From NCBI GenBank assembly GCA_036785375.1, contig JAWMAR010000148.1, positions 4,960,001 to 5,024,000 of the forward strand: a stretch of DNA of 64,000 nucleotides, written 5' to 3'. The notes under the pieces were generated by a model. The model was not told the DNA's origin and made no database searches. It worked only from the letters and a program-made list of their open reading frames with translations. Origin of the DNA: Leucoraja ocellata (lineage: Eukaryota). Positions 1-11,699 of this stretch are shown here, in pieces. Every line of letters begins with the position of its first letter. Positions within the stretch are counted from its first letter, which is position 1. Made by a program: the position numbers and the translations under genes.

Positions 1-185
1 CCACATCGGACTAGAGGGTTAACTGGCCACTGTAAATCACCTCCAGTTTGTGGCTGAATAGTAGAATCTGAGGAGAGTTGATGAGAATGTGGGGAGAATA
101 AACTATCGGGTTAGGGTGGCTGGACCTTTGATGTTCGGCACCGTACCATTTGACCGAAGGCTCTGTTTCTATGCTGTTTGACTCT
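1..185 (+). mobile_element. SINE 3' half
   Basis: Similar to the 3' part of the other SINE copies (GGTTAACTGGCCACTGTAAAT...GAAGGCTCTGTTTCTATGCTGT). Confidence 0.55.
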
Positions 186-3100
186 TAACTTCAACTATAA
201 CTCAAACAAAGCCGAGTTTGAAGATTTGCTGACAGCAGGTTTGTATTTTTTCACCAGGTTCTGGTGGAAATAACTTTAACAAAATTACGGATTTTGAAAA
301 ATTATGTTATGGATTATCATCAGGATAAGTAGCTTAGAAAATTGTACAGAAGTAACGAGGAGTAAACCTGCTTCATTATTCTTGATTCAGCAAATTATGC
401 ATTAAACAAATGGAAGGAAACACTTCTTTAGTTAAAGAGTTAAAATCCATGACTGAGAGCTTCCATTTTGCTGGCAAATTGAAAGCTTATGAATTCAATT
501 TAGAGCAACTAACTTCTGGTTGATTAGTACAGTATGAATTCCAGGAGAAATGGTGAGGTCAAGTTCCTCACAAGTTGCAGTTCAAAGTTTAAATAAAAAA
601 TACAGGTATGTTAAAATGTAAACAAAAAGCAGAACTGCTGCCTCAATGTTAATACCAGCAGTTTGATAGAACTTATGTTCCACAACAGTAAAAGCATTAA
701 CAAGATACAGGGTTGAATTCTAAGCTATCATTTGGGTGATCGGTATATTTCAATTTTCATGTTTCTACTCTGGCAAGCATGCAAAGTTTTCTTCGGTAGC
801 CTTGAAGATGTGATTGACAGTGTTGGTTGTTGAAAGCAAGCGCTGTGAGTGGGGCAAAGAACTGCGGTGAGCTTTTGGTAAATAGCCAAGTTCCCTTCCA
901 TTCCTGTGTATTTGCACACTTACAGATGACTTGGTTCAAGATAGGCATTGGCAGGACCATGACTTGGGATACCTGCCAACCCACTTGCCAAGGGGAATAT
1001 GTGACCCAGAAAGAAAAGAAAATTGAAGTAAACATTTGAACGCAATCATACTCGGTACATAAACACCCTAAAAGAAAATGTATATCATTTTCAAAATCTA
1101 GTTGAGATTCAGTTTTGGTCCTGGGTTTGATGGGCCTTAGCAATATCAAAATGTGGTACTTATTCTCAATATTTCTCCCTTCAATTTTCTGCAGTAGAGA
1201 CCATCTTTACATGCCTTTTCCAAGTGTAATGATATGTATCCGTGGATGGTTGATAACAAGAATAATATAATTAAGTCTTAAGTTGTGTTCACTTGATAGT
1301 CGCCATAGTTGCACTCCAATAGGTCTACTGAATCATCATTGAAGAATGGAAAGCATGACTTGTTGCCCCTCGTGACATAAAAAGCATTGAAGCCTTACTG
1401 GTGTTTTTAGCTGAGTCTTTATTATCTGAGCCATTGAGAAGTTATCATTGTGATCTTGTGTAATAAACTGCAGTTTAAAAAAAAAATCCACCATTGATTG
1501 CTGTTCATTGATCAACAAAGAATGTCAAATGGAGCTGGTGTTAAAACTGAGCGGAAATATCTCTGCTGTAATAAGTAGAGTTATAGATGACTGGATAATA
1601 GACGAGTTTCTGAAGGGATGGTGTGACTTGTGTTGAAAAGTTGCAAAGTAAGTATATTTTCTACGTACTCTCCTCAATGTATATATCCTCAACGTACTTT
1701 GAAGCATATTTATAATGTAACAAATATAATTAACAAAACGGTTCTCCCAGGCAATATTGTTGAATAATTGCTGATGGTATAAAAAGCATTTTGCCCTGTT
1801 ATCTATTATGACTGCCATGTACCCATGAAGATCTGCTATTACTCATTATCAAGGAATAAATGAACTCTGCCTTAATTAAGAGCTTACTTTATATAATAAA
1901 AATGTAACTATATATCTTTGAAGCTATAAACATTTAAAATTGAAATAGGATGCTTTGAAAAGGCTCAAATTCCTCTTCTGAGTGGAGAAGACAATAATTT
2001 CTACAGTTTTGCAACTCCTCCTCTGACCTAAGTCTGCTAAGAGAGAGCAGGATTGTTTAGTGAGCTCCATCTCAATATTAATTTAATTTAATTTAATTCA
2101 ATTTAATTGTCATTTGGACCCCTTGAGGTCCAAACGAAATATCACTAGGTTGGCTTATATTACTAGTTATTATGCACATCATGGAAAAAAATTAACGAGT
2201 GAAATATTGAAAGTTGGAAGGTAAAAGATTTATCATGTTTTCACACAAGCAATAATTTTGGAGTAAGGCGGCAGCTTCATAGAAAAATGTAGCACCAATC
2301 TCACTCAGCAAGATGCCACAAAACACAGTAAGGTGAAGGAGGGATTATTCTGTTTTTTGTTAGTGTTCCTTAAGGAAGGGATGTGTCTCACTGGAAGAGC
2401 TTTGAGTAGTAGCTGGGGATTATTAAACGTTTATCAGAACAAACAAACGTGGGGTATAGGAAGGAACTCCAAATGCTGGTTGATACCACAGATAGACACA
2501 CAAATCTGGAGTAATTTAGCTGGTCAGCAAATGGAATTTAGCAACTCTGGAGAAAAGGAATAGGTGATGTTTTAACTGTCTGTGGAACTGTCCCAACCCA
2601 AAATGTTCCCTATTCCTTTTCTCCAGAGATGCTGCCTGACCCGTTTGAGTTACTCCAGCATTCTGTGTCTATATTCAAACAAACATGAGCTTGGAATAGT
2701 TTCCCATTCAAATGATGGAGTCCTCAACTTTACCCTCATTCCTCACTATTACAACTTGTAGAAAAACACAGTTTACATTTATGTTACTATGACATGATGG
2801 CAAGAAGTAAAACATTTTGAAATAATTTGCAGCTAATTTTAAATAATTGGTCCACGCTGTCAGGGGTGGTGTTGGAGGCAGATACTATAGTGGCATAGAA
2901 GAGGTTTCTTGATAGGCACATTGATATGGATTATGTGCAGGAAGAGATTTGCTTAACTTGGCATCATGTTCAGTTTAGTTTAGTTTATTGTTTATGTGTA
3001 CCAAGGAACACTGAAAAACTTTTTTGTTGTATGCTATCCAATCAGTGGAAGGAGTGTACATGGTTACAATCAAGCCATCAACAGTGTACAGATACTGGAT

Positions 3101-3394
3101 AAAGGGAATAATGTTTAGTGACAGATAAAGACTTATTATAGCTAGTTCAGAATAGATGTTGTGAGCTACAGGGCCGGTTCCTGTGTTGTACTGTTGGCAG
3201 ACATGCAATTTAGCAAAGGATCTGAAAAGCAGGAAGGGAACAAGAATCATTTTTAGCACCTTTTGCATTGCATTTGTGACTAGTATCCTGCAGCATGAAA
3301 ACATTGCAAATAGTAGATTTACCAGTTTGAAGATCTTTGGCAATGTTGCACAAGGGAGATTGGCCAAACGAAAGGAGTACATGAGATCCAAGGC

Positions 3395-4200
3395 AATTTG
3401 GCGACTCAAACAAGCTTGGTGATGGGAGGCAGAGAGTGATGGTCGAGGGTTGTGATCGGAAGCCAGTGATCGGTGGTGTACCGCTGAGATTGATGATGGA
3501 TCTCTTGTGTGTTGTATACCTCAGCATTCTGCCATCAGTATAGGAGGTTCACAGGTGACATGATGATCGGCAGTGTTGCGGAGAGCGAGGAAGAGTCTAT
3601 GTCTACAATATCGATCCATTGGCCAGACGGACAAAAAAACTGGCAGATACAATGTGATCTTTGAAAAGATATTATACTTTGGGTGAGGCAAAACTCAATG
3701 AATGGTGGGATCTTAGGGAAAGATTCGGGAACGAGAGGATCTTTGTGCGCATGTCAAAAGATCCATAAAAACAGCAGCATGGGTAGATACATATAGACAG
3801 CAGCATGGGTAGATGCATTGGTTAATAAGGCATATAGAATAATCTTGTTTAGTTGAATAATAGAATTTATAGGGAGGTTATAGTACAAATATATTAAATA
3901 TTAATTAGGCTGGGTCAGAATACTGGGTCAAAGCATAGAAGATGATGAACAAAGTACTGGTAAATGGAACTCGCTGCCTGAGGAAATGGTGACGGTAACT
4001 TGCCCAATCAACACTGGATTGGACAGGGTAGATGCAGGAAAAAAGGTCCCGATATTGGGGGAGTCCAGAACCAGGGGTCACACCGTTTAAGAATAAGGGG
4101 TAGGCCATTTAGGACTGAGATGAGGCAAAACTTTTCACAAAGAGAGTTGCGAGTCTGTGGAATTCTCTGCCACAGAAAGCAGTGGAGGCTTTTCCACAGA
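3395..4200 (+). mobile_element. Decayed CR1-clade LINE fragments
   Basis: RT-region-like remnants (GGCAGAGAGTGATGGTCGAGGG...GGTGTACC) and the 3' ORF2 motif SRTRGHRLRIRGRPFRTEMRQNF. Confidence 0.65.
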
Positions 4201-4324
4201 TGTACTGCTGCAAGTTACAGATCTCATTAAACGTCCAGAGGACTAAGTAGCCAACTTCCTTCCATGCTCCTGTTATTGGAATCATATGTGGATATGTACT
4301 TCATTGTCAATTAAAGATTCATGT

Positions 4325-4800
4325 AGTCATGGGGCTGTACAGCAAGGAAACGAGCCCTTCAGCCAACCTTGTCCATGCTAACCAGGTTGGCATACTAGAC
4401 TAGTCCAATTTGCCTGCATTTAACCCATAGCTCTCTAAACCCTTCCTATCCATATATCTGTCCAAATGTATTTTAAAAGTTGTGATTGTATCTACTTCTA
4501 TAACTTCCTTGGGCAGCTCATTCCAGACAGTCTACCTTCTGTTGAAAAGATTGCCCCTGAGGTCCCACTTAGATCTCACATCTCTCACCTTAAGCTGAAA
4601 CCCTCTAGTTTTAGAATCCTCTACGCTCAAAAAAGGCTATGAAGTGTTCACTTTATTCATACCCCTCATGATCTAGTACACTTCAATAAGGTTACTCCTC
4701 AGCCTCCTATGTGCCAAAGAAAAACGTTACAGATTTTCCCTTTAACTCAAGCCCACAAACCCAGTTATCATCTTGGTTAATTTCTTCTGCACCCTTTCCA
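4325..4800 (-). mobile_element. CR1-clade LINE 3' fragment
   Basis: Reverse complement of the CR1 3' end seen repeatedly in the window. Confidence 0.6.
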
Positions 4801-5989
4801 ACTTGTACTTGTGCCATAATCACAACAAATCCACCTTTGCTTTCTGTATCAATGCTAAATATCTCCAGTAAATTTGACAAGGACATTATCTTAGATACTG
4901 CCTGCCACTCTTGGCACTTGGAACCATGTATTTTATGCAGAGATTCGAACGTAATGATAATATTTACATGCTACACAAACGTGAGGGAAGAACAAATTAG
5001 TCCATTGGATATCTATGATTTGTGCATAGGGTAAACCAGGTGAAAAGATTCCTGATTGCTGCTGATTCTCCAGTTGTTATTCACTCCAGCTACATGCAAT
5101 AACATTTATGAAATGATCCACAAACCAGATTGTGGGATGGGAATTATGGTGTTCACTGCATAGTTATTCATGTTTTAAATAATCTTACAACATTGAAAGT
5201 ATGTGGCAAGCGCACTATTTTAAAACCAGAAACTCGAACATTATTTTATTAAATTAAAGACATCTGCACTGTTGCATTTGCTTGTGTGTGTTTGTTCTTT
5301 AGGAATGATTATATCGTGCACTCATTGTTGATATTGCTATTGCTTGATTAATATCTCGCTGTCCTGAAAATAGAAATAATGTCAAGAAGCTTAGTAATTG
5401 CCCTGCTATTGCACATTTATCCTCACCAAGAAGCACAAATAAGACCTGTGTATTTTGCTGATTTTCTGCCCCCCCCTACCCAGACACAGTGATAGACTTT
5501 CTAAGTGATTGTCCATGGGTAGGAATTCCTTGCCAATGTGGTCATCTTCCTTTCATGTATGTTCAGACAGTTAATGAAGCCAACTTATTTTACCACAGGG
5601 CCAATCCAGTTCTCGCACAATGCCAGAAATATATGCTTTCCAGAAGAAGTCACACGATAACAATCAGATGGTGAACTTTGGATGATTTTCTCTCTGCTTA
5701 GCTTAAGTTCTGAAGCTAATTCTAACAACCCAATCACAGAGCTGGCTGGGATTAGTTCACTGAGTGTACACGACTGATCTAATAATTCAGGATCCTCCTG
5801 ATCTATTTACCTTGGTGTTATATTAAATGACAGTATTACCTGATGGGGCAAGAAAAGGAATGCTCACAATGAATATGAAGAGATACTTGCATTCATTGCC
5901 ATTCAGAGCGGGTAACACAATGTGACAAATTGATTAAACCAGTTACATGGATTGCTCACCAGTCTCCAGCTGCCCCTCCACACTGCCCA

Positions 5990-6240
5990 TGGATCACCCG
6001 TTCTCCCTAGTTCTGTACTATCCCAATTTTGCATCCACTCCCTACATACCAGGGGCAATTTTACAGAGGCCAATTAACCTGCAAACCCGCACATCTTTCG
6101 GGAGTGGGAAGAAACCGGAGCATCCAATAGAAGCCCACTTGGTCACAGGGGAAACGTGCAAACTCCACACAGACAGCAACTGAGGTTAGGATCGAACCTG
6201 AGTCTCTGGTGCTGTGAGGCAGCAGCAGCTGTGGCTCGGT
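5990..6240 (-). mobile_element. SINE copy
   Basis: CCAATTAACCT...GGAAGAAACCGGAGCA...CAAACTCCACACAGACAGCA core. Confidence 0.8.
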
Positions 6241-8210
6241 TAAAGAGGCAGAATACAGATCACAAACATGGTTCAGATTTATATTGTTGACTTTTTTCAA
6301 GATATCTGGAATTGTACCCCTTAATTTTAGCTTAACTTGAAACTGGAGTTAAACCATTGATTTTTTGTGCACTCGGAGCACTATGTTCATAGCTCATAAG
6401 TTTAGGAGCAGAATTAGGCCATTCGACCCTTCAAGTCTACTCCTCCATTCAATCGTGGCTGATCTATCTTTCCCTCTCAACCACCTTCTCCTGACTTTGC
6501 GCCATAACCCCTGATACCCGTACTAATCAAGAATCAGCAATACTTTGCTGTCACAATAAAGCAAGGAAAAAGAGGATTTTCACTGAAATTAAACTGTGAC
6601 AATTGATAATTTTGAGCTGACTGCACTTGGCTAAGATTTGTTATTTTTTTTAAAGTTGCAGTTCGTTACAGGTTTAACTTTCCGTGTCTTCAGTCAATGA
6701 GTGGAGGAAATAAGCAGCCGAGGAAAAAGGGTTTCCTTACTTCCTGGACTCAAGTGTGTCTCCTGGTGGGTTGCTTAAGGAACTGTTGACATTCTTCGCA
6801 ACTTTAAACCCAGAGTGTTCAAGCCAGCCAGGTGCACAGGGCAGGCTGGCGAGACGGAAAATTACATGATAAAGGATTATGTAGCGTTGTGGACCAACAT
6901 AAGCTGTCCTTTTGTGGAGCAGAAGTGCAAGTGACGCAGATTGATAAGTTTATTTGTCACAATCCAGGTTGCAATTCCCTTTCTTATAAAAATATAAGAT
7001 TTTGTTGTTTTACATTTTGACCTAAAAATGGGGAATTTGGGCTGTCTTTACTTTATTTTTTCCTTTTTATTTTCATTTTTATTTTCATCTTTATACACCA
7101 ACTGTCAGTTTTTGGAGGCAAATGCGTTATTTTTTACCATTTAATTTGTTGCTTTACTTTAACATTTTGTATTAATGCTGTTAATATAGTATCCTCGTTG
7201 ATTAAATGTTAATGGACAAACTCTACACCATTTTTATTTAACTACATGATATTGTTCATTATTTAGTTTCTTTTAAGTAATGCCTTTGACTTGTTGCTCC
7301 ATTAAGAAACTCCATTGTGAGTTTATAAGCTATTGCATTATACTTGCAATTTCTACAGCTGTTAAAGCCATAACTGTGTTTTTGAGCAATCACACCTCCA
7401 CTTTATTGCACATTGCAATCATAATCCCTGTTTATCTTTTATGGCATTGTTTCAAAATGCTGTAAAACCATAAATAATATTCCTGAAATTGGTTCCTTAT
7501 TAAAATAATTGAGGTCATTCTAAACTTGGTTCTCTTGTTAGCTCTTCAGAAATCAAACCTTGTTAACCATCCTTAGACAGTACTAGAATAATATTCAGGT
7601 ATAAATGTGATGTTATTTCAAGCAGATCCAGACTTGAAACAACCGTCTCTGAATGTGCGTAAAATCACAGTACTTTAAAAAGGAATGTATTTGGAATAAC
7701 AAATGCATGTCGCTTTACCTATTTTTCAACCATATAGATATAATAAATTGCTGTGCAAATTGTTTTAATATCCCCACTAAAGAAATCTAGCATTATCAAC
7801 AGTACAAGCTGATGCAAAAGGCAAATTCACCAAAACCCACTTTCCCGGTAATTTACTTTTCAAATGTCTAGTCACATGAAAAGCAGATAACTCTAATGAT
7901 TTTTACTTCAGTCTAAAGTGTTATCTGATATCTCTGTTTCTTGTCAGTTTGAATAAAAGGGATAATTTCTGCAAACGTTTGCCAGCTGTCAACTAATACA
8001 TTTGCAGAACTAAAATATGATGGTTACGTATCGCTGAGAGCTACACATTTAACAAAAAACCAGCACCAGATGTTTCAAACTCGCATAAATGATTTTGGAT
8101 AGACACTCAATTTGCTTTGTAAAACCTAGTAAACTTGAAATTATGCACTCATTTGATTTGTTAAACCCCTTTAATCTGTATCTTTCCAAGCTAATTAAAG
8201 TATTACTTAC

Positions 8211-8499
8211 AGTAATTGCAGCTGGGATTAACCGTGCCTTTGATTTTGCCCTTTTTATCAATCCTCAGATAAAACTGTGTCCGACAGAAAAGTTTTCGTA
8301 TTCTTACATCTCCACCTTCCATGTAGTCGTAACTTCTGGTGTGCCGCTCAGGACTGGTGGAACAGTTCACGCTTGCAGCTAGTTGTTCTGGAGTCATGTC
8401 ATTGCAAGCGATAGACACATTCCCTGCTAGAAGGATACAATGAAAGTATAGTTTGTACAACAAAGTTGGCAGGATCCATATCTGCATCCATTTGCGCAT
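8211..8499 (-). CDS. FGF7: Fibroblast growth factor 7 (KGF), first coding exon; the remaining exons are not seen and presumably lie left of the window
   Basis: Translates [96 protein letters not shown]: a signal peptide plus the FGF7-typical CNDMTPEQ and [14 protein letters not shown] motifs. It ends at a phase-1 GTAAGT donor (8210-8205); 289 nt. Confidence 0.97.
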
Positions 8500-8817
8500 T
8501 ATAGTGCACTGCTCCGGGTTCTCTTGAGCGACATGCTGCAATTTAAATGACAAATCGGATGAATGTTGCTAGTTTGAGGTCCCAGCTTCTGCCTGGATTC
8601 CGTGACCTTGGATCTCTTTTATTTGTGGCACTAGCAGTTTAGAATGTGTTTAAGCTTTCCTGAGAAAGTTTATGATGCTGAGCCAGAGTTTCTTCAGAGA
8701 AGTGATGCACTGTCAATTTTCACTATAAACAGTTCAGTTTGTAGTACTCTGGAATGTCTTGATCCTCTTTGCCATTAGAATTTTCCTCTTGTACAGAGAG
8801 TTTTGACGATAGTAAAG
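8500..8817 (-). other. FGF7: 5'UTR portion of the FGF7 ATG-containing exon
   Basis: Candidate acceptor CTTCTGCTTGCAG with CAG at 8820-8818 on the minus strand. The boundary is inferred, not proven. Confidence 0.6.
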
Positions 8818-9421
8818 CTGCAAGCAGAAGTATCACTTAACTTTAACAAGCCATTACAGTCAGCTGTTACAAATAAATTACAACCATGGCAACATGCTTG
8901 GAGGTGTATACCAATTTTTTTTTAAGTTCTAGTTAGTTGCCAGTTTTCACTTTTAAAAATAATGTAAAACCCAAAACTAGAAAAGATAGCTTGCTTTTCC
9001 AAAAGTTGCTGTGTGCTACGATATTAGTCTTTTATCTGTAATTTAAAAAGTATGATATTTGCAGCATGGAATATGTTCTACATTACTATTCCACTGCTGT
9101 TTCAACTGCTCGGCTAAACCCTGCTGCTTAATCAATCCTCCCGGCTTCTGTACACTTGTCATCTTGCATTCATTCATTCAAAAGTAATCACAACATATTT
9201 TATGTGGTAAAAATCAAATGCTTTCCATGGAATTCTCCCATGTTTCCTAAACACAATTCACGTTTCGCTGTATCGACTGGCTGTAAGCATTCACAACTAC
9301 CTCGATGTCAATCCACATGTTTAACCTAAGTCAGTCTAATGCAAAAAAAAAAAAAAATTCCCTTGGCAAAATAGTTTTGTAGAAATAAATGCAATACTGT
9401 ACAATTACTGATAAAACTTAC

Positions 9422-9600
9422 TTTTGTTTACGTTGAAGACAGACTGTGCACAGAAACAATCCATTGTTTTCCCCTCTTCACATCAGCAGCTTGTGTGTCA
9501 TTGTGGACTATATCCCAGCTCAGGAAGATTCCAGCTGAATCATAATTGTTTCCATAAATCAAGTGTTAACACGAGAGGGATTTTCTGGGCATCATCAGCC
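9422..9600 (-). other. FGF7: FGF7 5' non-coding exon 1 (5' end approximate)
   Basis: The minus strand reads TTGATTTATGGAAACAATTATGATTCAGCTGG, which matches my recollection of the mammalian FGF7 leader. It ends AAACAAAA|GTAAGT (donor 9421-9416). Confidence 0.75.
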
Positions 9601-9620
9601 TGTTGTTGTGCAGTTCTGTT

Positions 9621-9645
9621 CAATAAATGCCTTTCCCTGACCTCA
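9621..9645 (-). promoter_or_regulatory. FGF7 core promoter: CRE/ATF-like TGAGGTCAG followed by an AT-rich TATA-like box
   Basis: Minus-strand TGAGGTCAG (9645-9637), then CATTTATTG (9629-9621), immediately upstream of the putative exon 1. Confidence 0.6.
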
Positions 9646-11699
9646 CTTGGAAGTAATTAGATCTTAGCCAGTCAGCTGTCAGTTGGCAACACGAACAAAG
9701 GAGAAGTGAGGTTTCCTTTGTCAGATGTCCACATGGTCATCCGAGGGAGCTATGAACTCAGAGAGGGCTTTCTCATTTCCACACCATGTCTCCTTTCTTT
9801 ATTCTCTGCTCTGTAATTCCATTCTGCTACAATCATGGGAGTAATAACGTGCAGTTCTCCACCACACATATTCCCAGCTAGGGAAAACAAACCATTCATT
9901 TTCTCTTCATATTCATTGTGCTTTCCGGAACTATACATTCAGCCACTGAAGGTAATTGAGTGCCTTCTGTTATGTATAAAATTTAACGTGCTAAAGCAAC
10001 TGAAAATCTTCATGTGGTCTATTATTGGTATGTTAAATTTAAAATATTTCCCTTTATCAAGTAAGATAGCAGCTGGACAGATTACACTATCTAGTTTTTT
10101 CTATTCAAAACTCTGAATGTTACATATTTCTTCTTGCGTATGGCATGCGCAGCCTAAAGTTGTAGGATAACTTGTTCTGTTTGATCTTCTGTTTGTGCAT
10201 GCCTGGTCGATTGCAATGGTCGAAACAGGGTGAATGTTGCAATCTCCCACCTCAATGTTTCATACGATGCCTACTGGCATATTGCCCTGTGGAGGTTTCT
10301 ACTTGAGGCACTGCGGGGAAAAGATTTGCTTGCTCTCGTGCTCCAAATCTTTTTGAAGCTGCGTAGTTATTATACCTTTTGGATTGATCTCGCAAATTGA
10401 GGGACACTTCAATTAGAGTGGCAATCAATAATCTCAACTCTTTGATTATCAGGAACATCTCTTATCACAGTCCATTAAGGCAATGGTTTTATGAATATGC
10501 CAACCAATAACTCATAAATGCTGTTGCCGTGAATGAGTTATGTGCTTTCATATAAAGGAAGAGTTCCTGGACATTAATTGGGCTGAAATAATATGGATAT
10601 GTGGTTCCAGGTAGGATCAGATGTATCTGAAAATTAATTGAAAGCCATGATAAGTTAGTGTTATTTTCTACACGCATATAATTAACAATCAACCTTGTAC
10701 AATAACATCTTCCTTCATCCCCTGCACATTTAATCTAATTAGTACAGTTTTTTTTAAATAGCCACCATATTTTAGATCTAGTAAAACAGGTTGGTGAGCT
10801 ATTAAAAAAAGCTGATGATAAAAGTATATCTTTTATGGAGCTGTAAAAACAAAGTTTCCATCAGAGTAGCACATGTTTTTATATTGATTATATTTCATCA
10901 CTTGACACATGCAAAACTTTCCTATTATAAATTTATTTTCATGTGCTTCCCTCTGTGAAAGAACTATGAGTTAAGAGCCTGACAAACATCCTACCAGTCC
11001 ATAAATGTTTCTAGAGCTACTGTCATGAGCTACTTGAAAGTAGCACTTGGCATGTGCTAAGTGACCCACATCCTGATGCATTTTTATTTTCGTTCCCCGA
11101 CACATTTTCTCCCCTTTTTTCTCTGGGCAACTCAACCCAGTAAATTTCCCTCTAGACACTGTGTATCTATCATACATCACTTGCCTCTCTTCTTTTCAAA
11201 TAGTTTCATAGTAGGGCAACTAAGTTGATGAACAAACATCAGTCTGCAATATTACCTATGGATTACCAAAGCCTCTCAAAATTGTAAATACATTTTAACC
11301 TACTTGCTTGCAGTCATGATACAAGTAGTTAAGTAATGGTATTTGCCTTGCATTTTGCCACTCAACCAATATTTCCAGTCATAAATCCAGATTTTCACAT
11401 TCGGCTTGTTGTCTGTGAGTACAATTTTGAACTCCCTCACTATCAACCAGGCCAAACAATGAAAAGTGCACAAGTATCTCACATTTGGTAAGAAAGATTA
11501 CGTCGAAAACAGCAACTGTTAAGATCTTGAATTTTGTTTACCTGTAAAAGAAGTTTGATTGAAGCTCATTGAAATGTCATTAGTTTTCAACGATGAGAAA
11601 TTATCTGAGAATAAGAGAAAATGATCTAAATGTCTTTTAACTAACCTAACCTTCACTAAACTAACCTTGGTTGTGGGAAATTCAATGGTCACTTACACT

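Noticed and set aside
757-1149. 130-aa minus-strand ORF as a possible further FGF7 exon
   Set aside because: No similarity to the expected next FGF7 segment (I.EIRTVAVG...YLAMN). I found no such exon in 1-8200.
3771-3816. Direct duplication ACAGCAGCATGGGTAGAT
   Set aside because: Local slippage duplication inside a decayed LINE; no sign of function.
8500-8553. N-terminal extension of FGF7 in ORF 8203..8553
   Set aside because: The track starts at a non-ATG codon. The signal peptide and homology begin at ATG 8499, and the ORF's last residues read through the splice donor.
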